Both the position numbers and the translations under genes were made by a program. The notes below the pieces were generated by a model, which ran no database searches, was not told the DNA's origin, and saw only the letters and a program-made list of their open reading frames with translations. A stretch of DNA of 62,000 bases, from assembly GCF_000400465.1 (NCBI RefSeq), contig NW_008806278.1, positions 202,592 through 264,591 of the forward strand, read 5' to 3'. Numbering within the stretch: position 1 is the stretch's first letter; each line of letters starts with the position of its first letter. Positions 35,436 to 48,065 of the stretch are shown here, in pieces. The DNA is from Wallemia ichthyophaga EXF-994 (taxonomy: Eukaryota > Fungi > Basidiomycota).

Positions 35436-36482
35436 ATGTCTGTAGATTACTACGGTTATTCTACTCCAGATGGCAATCCTACCCTATCACATGCAATTGT
35501 CTTTACAGTGCTCTTCGGGATAGCGCTCATAGCACACTGCGTACTCGCTGGGATAACGAAGCAGTGGTGGCTGTGAGTAAAACCCTGCTAAATCGCTCTA
35601 AATCTCAGTAAAACCCCACAGTTACGGCACCATCGTCCCTTTCCTGATACTCGAGACCATTGGATGGGGTGGCAGGTGCGGCGACAATCGGGACGCTTAT
35701 ATCATGCAAATTGCCACACTTATCATCGGTCCTACATTCCTCTCTGCAATGATTTATGTCGATCTTGGTGTCGTTGGCCTGCAGTACGGCCCGAATTTCT
35801 CTATTCTCGGTCCAAGGATGTTCGCTGCTGTCTTCATCACTGCAGACGTTTTCAGTATTCTCGTTCAGGCTGCTGGTAGGCGTTTAACATCCACATAGAG
35901 CCGCGTTTGCTTACGAGTGAATAGGTGGTGGTATTGCATCGTCAGCTAGCAAAAGTATTAACAGGGAGCTTCTCCACACGGGTAGCAATGTGATGCTGGC
36001 TGGTATTGCTATTCAGTTTGCCTGCATTATCTTCTACTCTTACTTTTTACTTGAGTTCGTAGTTAGATACTACAAGAGATGGCCCGTTAGGGCTAAGCGC
36101 CAAGATCCTATCGCTATAGATCCTTTGTCGCAACCCAACCAAAGAAATTTGGCTCTAAGATTGACAATGCTTGGTGCAATGTCATTCCTAATCATTTGGA
36201 GAGGTGAGTATGGCTGTCACTCAGCTCAGAAACACGCTGATTAATTCTCAATCAGGCATCTACCGTTTAATTGAGCTGAAGGATGGCTGGGAAGGCACTG
36301 TAATTAAAGATCAGGCTGCTTTCGACACCAATGATGGTATGCCAATGGTTATTGCTGCCTGGTTGAGCGGTATCTTTCATATAGGGCTACTCACGCCCAC
36401 GACAAACGCCTCATTCTTATCGAGAGGCAAAAAAGGAGGTGCTGATGCTGCCGAGGCTGACGTCAAGGATGAGGTCGCCTAA
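35436..36482 (+). CDS. RTA1-like lipid-translocating exporter, paralog 2 (multi-exon)
   Basis: MSVDYYGYSTPDGNPTLSHA..., ETIGWGG, LIIGPTFLSAMIY, DVFSILVQAAGGG, YRLIELKDGWEG, FDTNDG; similar intron layout to paralog 1. Confidence 0.82.
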
Positions 36483-36812
36483 TTTTGTACACTACTGTCT
36501 GAAGGATCAGGCAATCTTCTTATCTCTATTTTTTGAATTGTAAACGGAATGCCTATTGCTACATAAGACACTTCATAGATAATTAAAAATATATTCAATG
36601 AGTGACAAGTATTAAATAGGCTTAAATAAGTTTAGTAAATATATACTAATTAAAGTTTAGATTAGTAAATGGAAGAATACTGGAAAAACACCCTTGTACT
36701 TTGAGAAACAAGAATTATTAGTAAAAAAAAGAATTGTCATCAGCATAAAGCAGCTGAACTTAAAAGAAAGTGATAGCAATGACTAAGAATTAGAAGTATT
36801 CGCTGATCCTGT

Positions 36813-39591
36813 TTACTTCTTTTGATTCTTGTTTGACTTGGATGGAACAACGCTAAATGCTTTGCTTCTCCAAGCCTCGCCTTGCTTGACTTGGTCTTCA
36901 TACTTAGCTTGTAAGTTGATCCATCCCTTGCTGTGACCAGCGTCGATCAGCTTTGAGTTGCGGTTGGCAACAATCTTGAACTGTGATGGACTTGGTTTGG
37001 TTGATCCCTTCTCCTTCTTCGAGCTGAACTTGTTCTTAATGATAGAGCCCTTAGTGCTACCCTTATCACCCTTCTTCTCAGACTCTTCCATCTCCTTCTT
37101 GATTTCGACCAACTTCTTGTTGAGTGTTTCAAGACCACCTCTGATACCATCCTCAATTGCCTTGACAATTTGCTTCTTGATGAGATTGGTTGCGAGTGGA
37201 CGAGCTGTCTTGTAGAGAATATCGTGCTTGCTGTCCTTGATATCGAATTTCAGAGTACCAACGCTAGCCTGAACAGACTTGACTTGGAAGACATCCTTGG
37301 TACCACCCTTAACGCTTAGGTGGATCTTAGCGCTGACACCTTTACCACCTAAGAAAACATCTGCAAGACCAGCATCTTGTACCTTGAATCCAGTTTTCTT
37401 ATTGATGTAGAAGGCGACGTCTCTAAGGTCACATTGAATTTGACCGAGCTCAATCTTGATGTCGTGTTGATGTTCGTTCTTGATCTTTTTGTAAGGTGAG
37501 AATTTGACCTATTGAAAGTTAATTACTAATCTGATATCGATTTTCTAAACATACCCTGTTGTAAGCCTCAGCAATGACGTAATTTGGTAAGAGGTTCTTG
37601 CCTTGAAGGACAAGGTTCTCAATAACAACATCAAGCTTTGGATCAGTGTATTCAATTCTTGGAATTGGAACAGCTCCGACACTTTCAACGACTGGTGGAA
37701 CAATGTGGTCACGGATGTCAGCCCAGAGATGTTTCTTAAAAGTGAATTTGCCATTGGAGTCAAACAGCAAGTCACGGAAAAGCTTGTTGAAGTCTTCGCC
37801 GAACTTTTTGTTGAGTGGGTCCTCACCCATAGACTCAAAGAAGTCAGCGATCTCCTTGGAGAGGTTGTTCTTGACTTGGCCCTTATACTTCTCGCTTTCG
37901 ACAATAGCGCGAATATCCTTACCAAGCTTGTCACCATCGGTATTTGCTTCTTCTTTGAGGACGTAACCAGGTTCGAGAACAAGTCTGCGAATGTATGCGA
38001 TGAGTTTTTCGAACCAGTTAGAAAGTTCCTTGTCGTTTGCGAAAGTCTTGATGAGGTCGTGGAAAGCATCAAAGATCGGTGAAGCGCTGCGTCCGTTAGC
38101 AAATCTCTCCAAGACCGTTCTAAGATCGTTGGCAGCTTGTTTGACATTTGGATCACTCAAAACCGAGGCAGCACTGTCCTTTCCAGTATCAGTAGCCGTC
38201 TTAGCGTGGCCGTAGTATATTTCGAACTCTTTGAAAAAGAATTCGAAAGCCTCCTTCCAGTCTTTGTGCTTCTGGTTTTCGTAAAGAACCTTCTTCATGC
38301 GCTCAATGAACCTTTCGCGACGCTCTTTAGGGAATTTTTCTTCAAGGTGACGTTTGGTGTCCTCAAATTCTTCCTTCACTTTTCCGCGGTATTCCTCTGG
38401 AACCTTGTTCTTGAGATTTTGCTTGCCATTCTCAGCGGTAAATTTGGCCTTCTCCTTACCTACTTCAACCTTCTCTTTAGCGTTGGTCTCTTGAGATTTC
38501 TCTTGACCAGCTTCATTGACAGCCTTTTGAATGTCTGAAACATCCGATTGCTCAGTGGTTTTAGAGTCAACTTTTTTGGCAGTATCGTTTGTGTGCTTGG
38601 CGGCGGTTTCTTTTGCTTCGTCTTTACGCTCTAAAGCAGCCTTCTTGACATCCTCAGCTTTTTCGTGACCTTTTTCGCGAGATTCCTTTGCTTTGTTGAA
38701 CTTTGGCATGTCAAATTCTGGAGTCTCATCAGGGCCGAGTACGCGACCATCCTTGTTTACCCAACCTTGAGAAGCAGGTTCGTCAATCTTGGCAAGCTTG
38801 TCTTCGTTTGGGCGAGCAATTTCAGCAGCCTTTTGAGCAGCATCAGCAAACAAATCTTGGCCAATAATTTTGCAGTCGGTGAGGAGCTTTCTGACTTCAT
38901 TGTTGGTGGCAAGTAATTTGAAAACTGTTTGTAAGTGTTCCAAGGCTGGTGGGTTTGTTAGAATAGAAGCACATAGAAACAATCAAAAGGCGCACCTTTT
39001 TGGCCTTCCTCTTTGGTTCCGTCCTTTGTGAAACCAGGAACAATTTCGTCGCGTTTAGCCTTTGAGTAGTCAACAGAGCCTGTGTGGCGTTAAGTTTGCA
39101 ATTTCCAAAATAGAAACGTGCTTACGAGTTTTGTAGAGGAAGTCTTGAATCTTTTCATCTTTGTTTTTCTCTTGGACGATAGTGTTGGCCTTCGCAGGGT
39201 AAAAAGGTGATTTGATAGAGAATTTAACTCACAGTCATAATAACCCCCCTAGCATCTTGTACCAGCTTCTTTCCTTCTGCGCTGAGCTCGTTTACCTCAA
39301 ATGGTGCGCTTTCAGTGACGTATTTCAGAGTTTCATCGATCTGTGGCGTGTGAGATGAGAACTCGGATAATAACGCAAACAAACCTGGCTGTTAGATGGA
39401 TATCTCGAGGCTTTGAATGCTTGTATTACGCTGTAGAAACGTAGCTTTCTGTCAACATCTGTGCGAAGTGTAAACAAAACACAGTAAACGAAATACACGC
39501 CAGTCTCACCTGATTGTACAACTGCTGGCTTATTTGGTGAGGCAACGCTCATCGCCGGTGGATTGTCTGAAACTTCTTTTCTGACGCTCAT
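36813..39591 (-). CDS. Large fungal DUF4449/DUF5923-type (Ham1-like, BPI-fold-like) protein, multi-exon
   Basis: Long charged ORF 37519-38982 with IPIPRIEYTDPKLDVVIENLVLQGKNLLPN, plus upstream and downstream exons. Confidence 0.65.
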
Positions 39592-39767
39592 TAAATTTTG
39601 GTATGGGTGATGGCTAATAAGGAGGGCTGGGCGTTCTCACGTCACTCAATAGTGCCGAAAAAGGAAAAATTAATTCTAAACTGCGTAAATTCCTTTTGAC
39701 ATATACATTCTTATACGCTTAATTGTCCGTCATTATGCATGAAAATTGTACTCTCCGATGGAGTATG

Positions 39768-41078
39768 TCAAATTTTGAAAATATCCCGGATTTGATCAAT
39801 AGTGTCTTTAGGACCTGTGACTGAATGTCCTATGGTCGCCGGATGATTGTATATCTCATAATCATTCCCTCCCTATTCATCAATCAGCTTCGTCTGTGCG
39901 CAATCATCACACTCACTTCAAACGTCTGGGCCTCATCAGATTATTTCATCATCGGAGTGGAACTCACCTTGTCACCAAAAAAGTGTATATTCTTGAAATT
40001 ATCTGCTTCTATATGCCTCAGTGCGTATGTCTTATCCCACCCTAGTCACATGTGAGCAATATCCGGGAGATAAGGTTATCGTACCCAGGGGGAACTAGAT
40101 AAATCAGAAACATCGGAGAAATAACAGTTTCACTTACGACGTCAAAGCTTATTTGGCCACCAATTGAAAAAACCAATCCGCAGTCAGAAAATTCTTCCTT
40201 TAGCTTCTCAACGAAACTACTTCTGATGCCGAATTTCTGGGTCGCGTGAGATGTGAATTGAAAGAGTACGATGAGGTATTGACACACCTTATCGTAATCT
40301 TCGAATATATTTCTTTCTTCGATGCTAATTTTTAATATATCAGTTGGCATCCTCCGACATAACACGTTCTGCATACCTCGCGTTACGGCCAATCGGGCTA
40401 ATATTGACCATTCCAGTGCGATATTCGATAAATGTACCACTTTGATGTGTTAAAGGGGAGCATTTGTTTAAAACCATTTGTCTCACCGTTTAATAGGTAA
40501 ATCAATATCTGCGATATAATGCAGGCAAAAGTTGACAAGCTTCTTGTACCTATCCTCACCAAGGAAATTAATAAAGCTTTGGGTCTCTATAGGCAATCCT
40601 AATCTAAACGCAGTCAAGCCATTCTCTGCGAAAGCGTAATCGAATGAATTGAGGACTGTGTGTGCTTAGAAAGGAGTACTACGCGTGTAAACAACGCACT
40701 GAGATCCAAAGAGCCTCCAAGCTGATTTGTGATTTTAACTAGGTTTGATCTGTCATAATTAGAGAGATATAGCGGATGAAGAGTACACACCCTCCCACTA
40801 AGGCAGGTGAGGGTGATTTAGACGCGTGATAATACAACTCACAAAACCCAATAACGCATTTCTCCCTGAGCTTTGTAAGGATCTGCACCATTTCAATTTC
40901 AACATTCTGCGTGCAATCTCAGCGCTTATCTCAAAAGGTGGTATCACCCACCCGCATAGCAGGCGTGAGAGTATTATCCACCTGAAATTAATTTAATAAA
41001 AATACTCTTCATTTACGGCAAACGCACATCGAATAAACAAATTGTATCACTCAGCTCCCTCTCAGTGAATTCAGCCAT
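39768..41078 (-). CDS. SEC53: Phosphomannomutase (HAD IIB), about 12 exons including micro-exons
   Basis: Spliced [73 protein letters not shown]. Confidence 0.9.
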
Positions 41079-41173
41079 CGTGATCGCGATTCGCAACCAA
41101 CTGACGTATCTTTAACTTGGACAACAACGCGGTTGATTTCAATTTTTATTCTTTTATCCCATTAGCTGCAAGG

Positions 41174-43658
41174 ATGTCCAATCCTCCGCTAGCAACAACC
41201 TCCACTTCCCGACCAGTCGATTACCCCCACAGAGCTGAATTCCACCTCGACGACTCTGAAATCAATCAGCATCAGCGATCCTCATCCAAGCTTGTTGGTA
41301 GCCCTTTACTCTACGCCATTACATGCTTTGCATCCCTTGGTGTTTTCTTGGTATGTCACTATATAAGCATTTTCACACTAACACTCTTTACAGTTCGGAT
41401 ACGTGAGTTTGCGTCTGTTTATTTGCCACAGTAACACTCACAGCCCACAGGATCAAGGGTTTGTGTCTTTTTACTTGATTAATCCGCCTGACACGATATA
41501 GTGTTATGAGTGGTATCATCACTGGCCCATACTTCAAGTATGTCTAACAAATTTGCACTCAAAACTCCAATAACCCACTAGGTCTTACTTTGGCAACCCA
41601 ACTGCTACTCAATTGGGCACTATGGTCGCTATTCTTGTGAGTACTTGAGTCTCTCAATCCACCCATTCTCACGTCGTACAGGAAGTTGGTGCTTTCAGTG
41701 AGCGCATTTATTGCTTCTGCAATTCAATCTGACATTCCCAGTCACTTCACTCCTCGCAGGCACCATCGCTGACAAAATTGGCCGCAAACGCACTCTTTTC
41801 TGGGGTGCAGCTGTCTTTGTGATTGGTGGTGGCATCCAAAGTGGCAGCACTAGCTTCATGGCTATGGTCCTTGGTCGCATCATATCCGGCTTTGGTGTTG
41901 GCTTGCTATCCATGATCGTACCTATTGTGAGTTAGGTACAAGACATAGCTGTTTCAAACGTTAACATAGTAAAGTATCAAAGGTAGATCGATTAAAATTG
42001 CAAGATATATTTACTGACTACGCCCCAACTAGCGAAATTTCACCAGGTATATCTCTCCCTGCCACACTAACCCACACTCCGCTAACCCACACTCAGCTGA
42101 CCATAGAGGTAAATTAGCCTGTATCGAATTCACAGGCAATATTACAGGATATGCTTGCTCAGTTGTATGTCAACCGGATCACACTGCGTCAAACACATCT
42201 CACCAAACACAGTGGCTTGACTATTTCACCTCCTTCATCAAATCTGACGCTTCTTGGCGTCTACCCCTCCTTTTTCAATGTATCATAGGTGGTATCCTGG
42301 CATTAGGCTCTCTCATTATCCCAGAGAGCCCAAGATGGCTGCTTGACCAAAAGCAGGATGATGAGGGCTTCAGAGTGCTTGTTGACATCCACGGTGGCTA
42401 CTACAACAACGTAAAGGCTGATCGGGAGTATCGTGAAATAAGGGATGCTGTTGAGCAAGACAGTATGGAACCCGACAGATCATACACGTGTTTATTCAAA
42501 AAGTACAAAGCAAGAGTTTTCATCGCAATGAGTAGTCAGCTTTTTGCACAGCTGGTGAGATTACTCTCAAGTACATCCAATCTTTCTAAATCTACCTAAG
42601 AATGGGATTAACGTCATTTCGTACTACATGCCTCTAGTCATGATAAGTGCTGGATGGGTTGGCAGAGATGCCCTATTGATGACTGGTATCAACTCACTGG
42701 TGTAATTAGCGTATGTTATTGCAAATTCTCTGATCTGATCAGCTACAGATACATCGCATCAACGATTCCACCATGGTATTTGGTAGACAAATTGGGTCGT
42801 CGCTTCATTCTATTAAGCGGTGCAACTGTTGTAAGTGAGAATCACTCTATACCTAGCCTTTGACCTCTAGTAGATGTGTTTTTCTTTGACTCTCACCGGG
42901 TGGTGGATCTACATTGACGTCGTGAGTGAAATATGCAAAGTAAAGCTAAGTTTTAATAATTGAAAGCCAATCACCCCTACTGCAGTCGTTATCTGCGTCA
43001 TTGTGTTCAATGCAGCCTTCGGTTACTCATGGGGACCAATCCCCTGTTCGTCTTTTATATTCTTCTTGCTCTCCTGCTGACGAAAGCAGGGTTATACCCA
43101 CCAGAGATAATGCCACTCTCTTTCAGAGCTAAGGGAGTCTCACTATCTACAGCATCAAACTGGGCGGCAAATTTTTTGGTCGGAGAGCTCACTCCGATAC
43201 TTCAAGATGTCATTCAGTGGAGGCTCTATCCAATGCACGCACTATTCTGTGCATGTAGTTTCGTATTGGTTTATTTCCTCTACCCTGAAACAGCCAACAT
43301 TCCTCTTGAGGAGTGAGTTGCGATACTACCCTCCGAAATGAAAGCTAACAATTTATTCAGGATGTCTGATGTCTTTGGTGACTCAGATCCTTCTCCGGAA
43401 GAAGTCGAGCAGCTTTCTCTGAGAAAGCAAACGAGATCATTACGCCAATCCTCTGTAAATTTGCCTTCTTTAGCAAACTTCAACGAATATGATCAGAGGC
43501 AACGTCAATCAGAGACCAACTTGCGCCAACAATTTAGTCAAAACATTTTCCTAAACTCAGTCAACAATATCAAAAAATGGATTAACAAAGGCAAACCTGC
43601 ATCTAGGAACGTTGAAGGATCAGATTCTTACGAAAGACTTGGTCAATCTGATATTTAG
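41174..43658 (+). CDS. MFS sugar/polyol transporter (many short exons)
   Basis: FGYDQGVMSG, ADKIGRKR, GRIISGFGVG, YQSEISP..HRG, PESPRWL, QLNGINVISYY, PPEIMPLSFRAKG, PETAN motifs. Confidence 0.9.
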
Positions 43659-43767
43659 CTTTGAGTGTAACAGTAAACCTACAGCACAGTTTTATTTTTT
43701 CTCATTTACTTAACGAATTGTCACAAATAAATACTCATTGTTGAACAGTTGATAATACAATGATTTC

Positions 43768-45372
43768 TTAATCAGCAAATGTTGTTGGGGGAGAAAGATC
43801 CAGCCAACGAATCTTCTGACAGTGAGGCCAATCATAAGTGTCATCTTCTTCTGAAGATGTTAATATGACAGCATCTTCTGTCGCCTGTAAAGCTGATGGT
43901 GGATCATCTGAGTGCGCATGGGATATGTGAATGACTGATGGTACATCTTCGTGGAGTGGTAGTATAGATAGACGTCCACCCAACACAAAAATCATTCGTG
44001 AGTGTTCGAAGCACATTGGTGAAGGTTCGTCGTCAGTAGTCGATGGTAGCTGAATCAACATTCTACTGTCTGTACCATTTAAAGTTTGCGCGTAGTCATT
44101 CACTATCATAATACGACTTGAAGAATATGCAACCAGCTTATTCGCATCAACATGAACAGCATCCCAGTTTAGATTTTGATTGAGTGCATCAAATATATCA
44201 ATTTCTTCATTTTCATCGTGCATCTCGAGTGCTCTATTAACACCATTAAAATCATCTCTGATTGGGATACCGTCGCGCAAAGCCTCGTCTTCGTCAATTG
44301 AGAGCATATTGTAATTCCTACTGTAGTCCACAGTATTGGTTTCATTATCATTATTACCAATGTCATTTGATAGTTGTGGGTTGAGAATAGCAACATTTTG
44401 GAAAGAAAGCCCGAATCCCTCGATAACATCTTCACTTGACAGTTGAGCAATATCTTCCTTATCGAGAAAGTACGTTGAATTAATAATACTTTCTGAAGTT
44501 ATTTTCGCGACTAAGGAGCCATCAAGCTTGGAATATATTTCAATTGTGCTACCTCTGCAGATGAGGATCTCATTCGCAGTTTGCTCGATATAGCCGATCA
44601 TGCGCATGCTTGGTATAGAGGGGATAGTGTTGATTACTCTTGTTAACTCACCAGTCTTGGGATCAATTAAACCTATGTGTGAGCCGTTGGCTGCTGCGAC
44701 ACTCAATACACCATATTTCATCCTAGAGGCGCGTGTTGTGAAAGGGACATTAACCTGAGTCACATGGTCTAGCTTGACAGCTCCAGCAACCTTGGATACC
44801 TTCCATATATCTAGCCTAGAGCCATGAGTACTTGCATAGCCTTCACTGTCGTTCTCTTTATAGTATTCGAGATGTGCAAATGGTGAGACAGTGCGATTGA
44901 AATCAAGTAGGGTATGAGGGTCTTGTGCAGACTTGACGAGCAATCCACCCAAGGTCGAGGTGTAAATGAAGAGCTTAAGTTTAGTGTCCACCTTTACTCG
45001 CCAAACGCTGCAGTCTTCACGATCCAAGTGATGGATAGTGCCAAGGGGTTCTAAACACCGAGAAGGCCATAGATTATTCTGCAGCACTGTAAATAGACAG
45101 TATTGTTTCCAATCGCTGATACTATTTATCGATAGGCTGAGAAAGTCACGCTTGCGTATCTCTGTGTTGAGCTGGTTCAGTTGTGTATGGAGACCAGCAA
45201 AGCCGAGCTCAATGCATTTAGAGTGGTAAATAATTTCTTGGTGCTTGCGCACAAGTTGGTGGAGTGCCTTGCAAGTGAGTGACAAATGGAAAATACCGTC
45301 AACGGGGAGGGAAGTGGCTATATCAATCAGAAGCTCATTAGGCAGCTTATTCAAAATCAAATTCTTTTTCAT
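43768..45372 (-). CDS. F-box protein with a beta-rich C-terminal domain
   Basis: N-terminal LNKLPNELLIDIATSLPVDGIFHLSLTCKALHQL; intronless 534-aa ORF. Confidence 0.78.
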   Translation of the reverse strand: MKKNLILNKLPNELLIDIATSLPVDGIFHLSLTCKALHQLVRKHQEIIYHSKCIELGFAGLHTQLNQLNTEIRKRDFLSLSINSISDWKQYCLFTVLQNNLWPSRCLEPLGTIHHLDREDCSVWRVKVDTKLKLFIYTSTLGGLLVKSAQDPHTLLDFNRTVSPFAHLEYYKENDSEGYASTHGSRLDIWKVSKVAGAVKLDHVTQVNVPFTTRASRMKYGVLSVAAANGSHIGLIDPKTGELTRVINTIPSIPSMRMIGYIEQTANEILICRGSTIEIYSKLDGSLVAKITSESIINSTYFLDKEDIAQLSSEDVIEGFGLSFQNVAILNPQLSNDIGNNDNETNTVDYSRNYNMLSIDEDEALRDGIPIRDDFNGVNRALEMHDENEEIDIFDALNQNLNWDAVHVDANKLVAYSSSRIMIVNDYAQTLNGTDSRMLIQLPSTTDDEPSPMCFEHSRMIFVLGGRLSILPLHEDVPSVIHISHAHSDDPPSALQATEDAVILTSSEEDDTYDWPHCQKIRWLDLSPPTTFAD

Positions 45373-45415
45373 ATCCTTGATTCAAGTGTACGTTGAAAGT
45401 CACCACCAAGTTGGA

Positions 45416-47413
45416 ATGTCGATAAAGTTAGTTTTATATGGACTGATTACGATAGCATCTACGGCTGGAATAATAAGCTCGGCATTTAGAAATTATTCAA
45501 ACGTTTACGCTGTCGTCGTCTACTTGAGCAATAGCAACGGTGCATCACTTGTGGGTGTGTTTAGGCGTGTACAGCGCATAGCTCAAACTTTTGCAAGATT
45601 CTCGGTAACTTTTTGCTATTTACTGCGCTGTGTATTGGAAAGGCTATTCAGAAACTTCTTTTCGGTGAACTGCGAACGCTGGAGATCGAAGTGGGTTGAT
45701 CACGCGCTAGCCATCAACTCTCACAACCGACGGCAGCACCTGTATGAGAAATCCTGGTATGGATTCACGGAGATGATACTCGCAATGACTATGTTCCGCG
45801 ATGAATTCGATGTCGGTGGTGCCTCTTTCCTGCGCACGCACACACTCACTTATCACAAACAGCTCTTTTACGGCCTCATGTTTGGTTTCCTGTTTTTCGT
45901 AAAGGTCTTCCACTGGCTCACGCACGATAGAATTGAATATGTATGTCGATGTGCTGGCCTTAGGCCATACGCTAAACGCCCGCAGATGGTCCAATACCAG
46001 ATCGCCTCTAGACTCTTCATAGCTAGGATGTCCGCAGTTCTCATTGGTCTTTTTATCGCAGACATGGCACTCTTATCTATCTCGGTATTAGATATCTATA
46101 TCAATGGCGTCACAATGATTATTCTCTTTGCGTCTGAGGTACGTAAACTATACATTATTAATTCAGTTGCTGACTAGGTCAGTACGCTATACTAGTGGCT
46201 GACGTCATTTCTTATTCAATCGTTTTCGCCGTCAATCTCATTGACCTTCGTTCCGAGCAAGCTTGGGAGGATAAGTCGCTCTATCTTCTTTACATTGACA
46301 TTTTCACAGAGTTTTTGAAGCTCTGTATTTATACCCCCTTCTTCTTTGTCGTCGTCGCATCATTCGGATTCCCGCTCAATCTGATTCGAGACCTTTTCCT
46401 CACAGCACGTGTATTCGCAATGAAGATCAAAGATCTCCAGCGTTACAAGACTGCGTCCCAGAATATGGATAGACTTTATAAAGCCGCGACGGTTGCCGAG
46501 TTAGATGCTTTGTCTGACAAGCTCTGTATCATTTGCAGGGATGATCTAGTGCATGCATCCCAGCATCCTGGTCCTTGGCCGAGCGGCTTGGATGAAACAC
46601 CTAAGAAGTTACCTTGCGCGCATATATTCCACAGACATTGTTTGAAGAGTTGGCTTGAGCGTCAGCAAACGTGTCCAACCTGGTATGTTGCTCGACGTTG
46701 GAATATCACACAACTCATATTTTTATAGCCGTACTTCTGTCATTCCAAATCCACAAAGTGGGTTCAACAATCGTCCTAGAAACAATCCAGTTGGTAATGA
46801 CCCACCTCGACCTGACCCAAGACGCGATAATAACCGACATGACGCTGTTAGAACCCAGACAGAAGCTCAAACCAACGATGAAGCTCAAGGTTCTACAAAT
46901 GAGGCGCCAGCATCACAAAACACTGCAAACCAAAACAGACAACCGTCTAGTCCATCAACAAGACCTTCAAGACCCTTCAGTACGACCACACCTTCGGAGG
47001 GAATGCAACAGCAGCACCCTATGTCCCAGATTCTAAACATACCTGACGTGACACTCCCCATCATTAGGCCGGAGAGCAGAACTGTACCGTCTACGTATTG
47101 GCGTGATGCGTACAAGAACGCAAGAAATTCAGCATCCTCTCATATACCATCAATAGGAACGAGTGGGGAATCAAACAAGGCTCCGACTGCAGAGAATATT
47201 CCTTTACCGCCATCGCCAACAACATCGTCACAGGAGAATCTCAATATCGACGCGAGATTATCGTCAATACTTGACGCCCAATCGAGTATGAACAAAGCCA
47301 TAGAAGACTTGGTTGATATAGTCAAAGACACGAACAAACGTGAGAGAAGATGTTCAGACGGAGATAAAACAAGTCAACAAGACGCTGATTCGAAGCGTGC
47401 GCGAATAAGCTAA
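45416..47413 (+). CDS. HRD1: ERAD E3 ubiquitin ligase Hrd1 (multi-exon)
   Basis: LYEKSWYGFTEMILAMTMFRDEF, FVKVFHWL..DR, WEDKSLY, and RING-H2 CIICRDD...CAHIFHRHCLKSWLERQQTCPTC. Confidence 0.93.
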
Positions 47414-47468
47414 GCTGTATCTACTTTCTTCATCTAGTGTTGTACAATTAAATGAAACATTTCTAGTG

Positions 47469-48030
47469 CTACTGTTGATTCTTCATTTCCTTGATAAGTT
47501 TAGATGCGTCACCGCCAGATGCGCGTCCGGCTGCTTTAGCAGTAAATTCCTTAATCACTTGGCCCATAGATCTGCCATCCAGCTCAGCAATATTCAACTT
47601 TGCTTCATTCAAGACGGTATTGATCAGACTTTTCATTTCATCTTGACTAAATGGCTTTGGAATGTACCTCTCCAAAACAGAGATATCAAAGTTCTCCTTG
47701 TCAGCCAAGTCTTGACGCTGTGCTTGCGCATACTGTACCGCGGAATCTTTCTGTATTGCGATCAGAGGGTGCAATACAAGCACTCGATCAACTCACACGC
47801 CTAGCAATCGCCTTCTGGACAAGCTTGAGAGTTTTGCTCTCGTCCACGTCTGCGCTTTCCTTCTCCGAGTATGATATTTCACTCAATAACGATCTAATAA
47901 CGGTTGAAGTACTGGCGTCCTTGGATTTCATAGATTGCTTCAGTCCATCTCTCAGGCTATCTTTTATGCTCATGGCTCTTCGAACGCTGGTGTGTATTCC
48001 ACGCTGAGCTATCAGTGAAAGCAACATCAT
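47469..48030 (-). CDS. AIM41: GatB/YqeY-domain mitochondrial protein (Aim41-like), 2 exons
   Basis: LKQSMKSKD...VIRSLLSEI, KAIARR, YAQAQRQDLADKE...VLERYIPK, MGQVIK. Confidence 0.82.
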
Positions 48031-48065
48031 CCTCTTGGTTGTCGACAGTCTAGAAGTTAGGGGAA

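Noticed and set aside
37545-38916. Multiple 70-200 aa overlapping ORFs in other frames and strands
   Set aside because: Shadow ORFs of a codon-biased long gene; the same applies to similar ORFs over ESP1, TAF12, KAR3 and RACK1.
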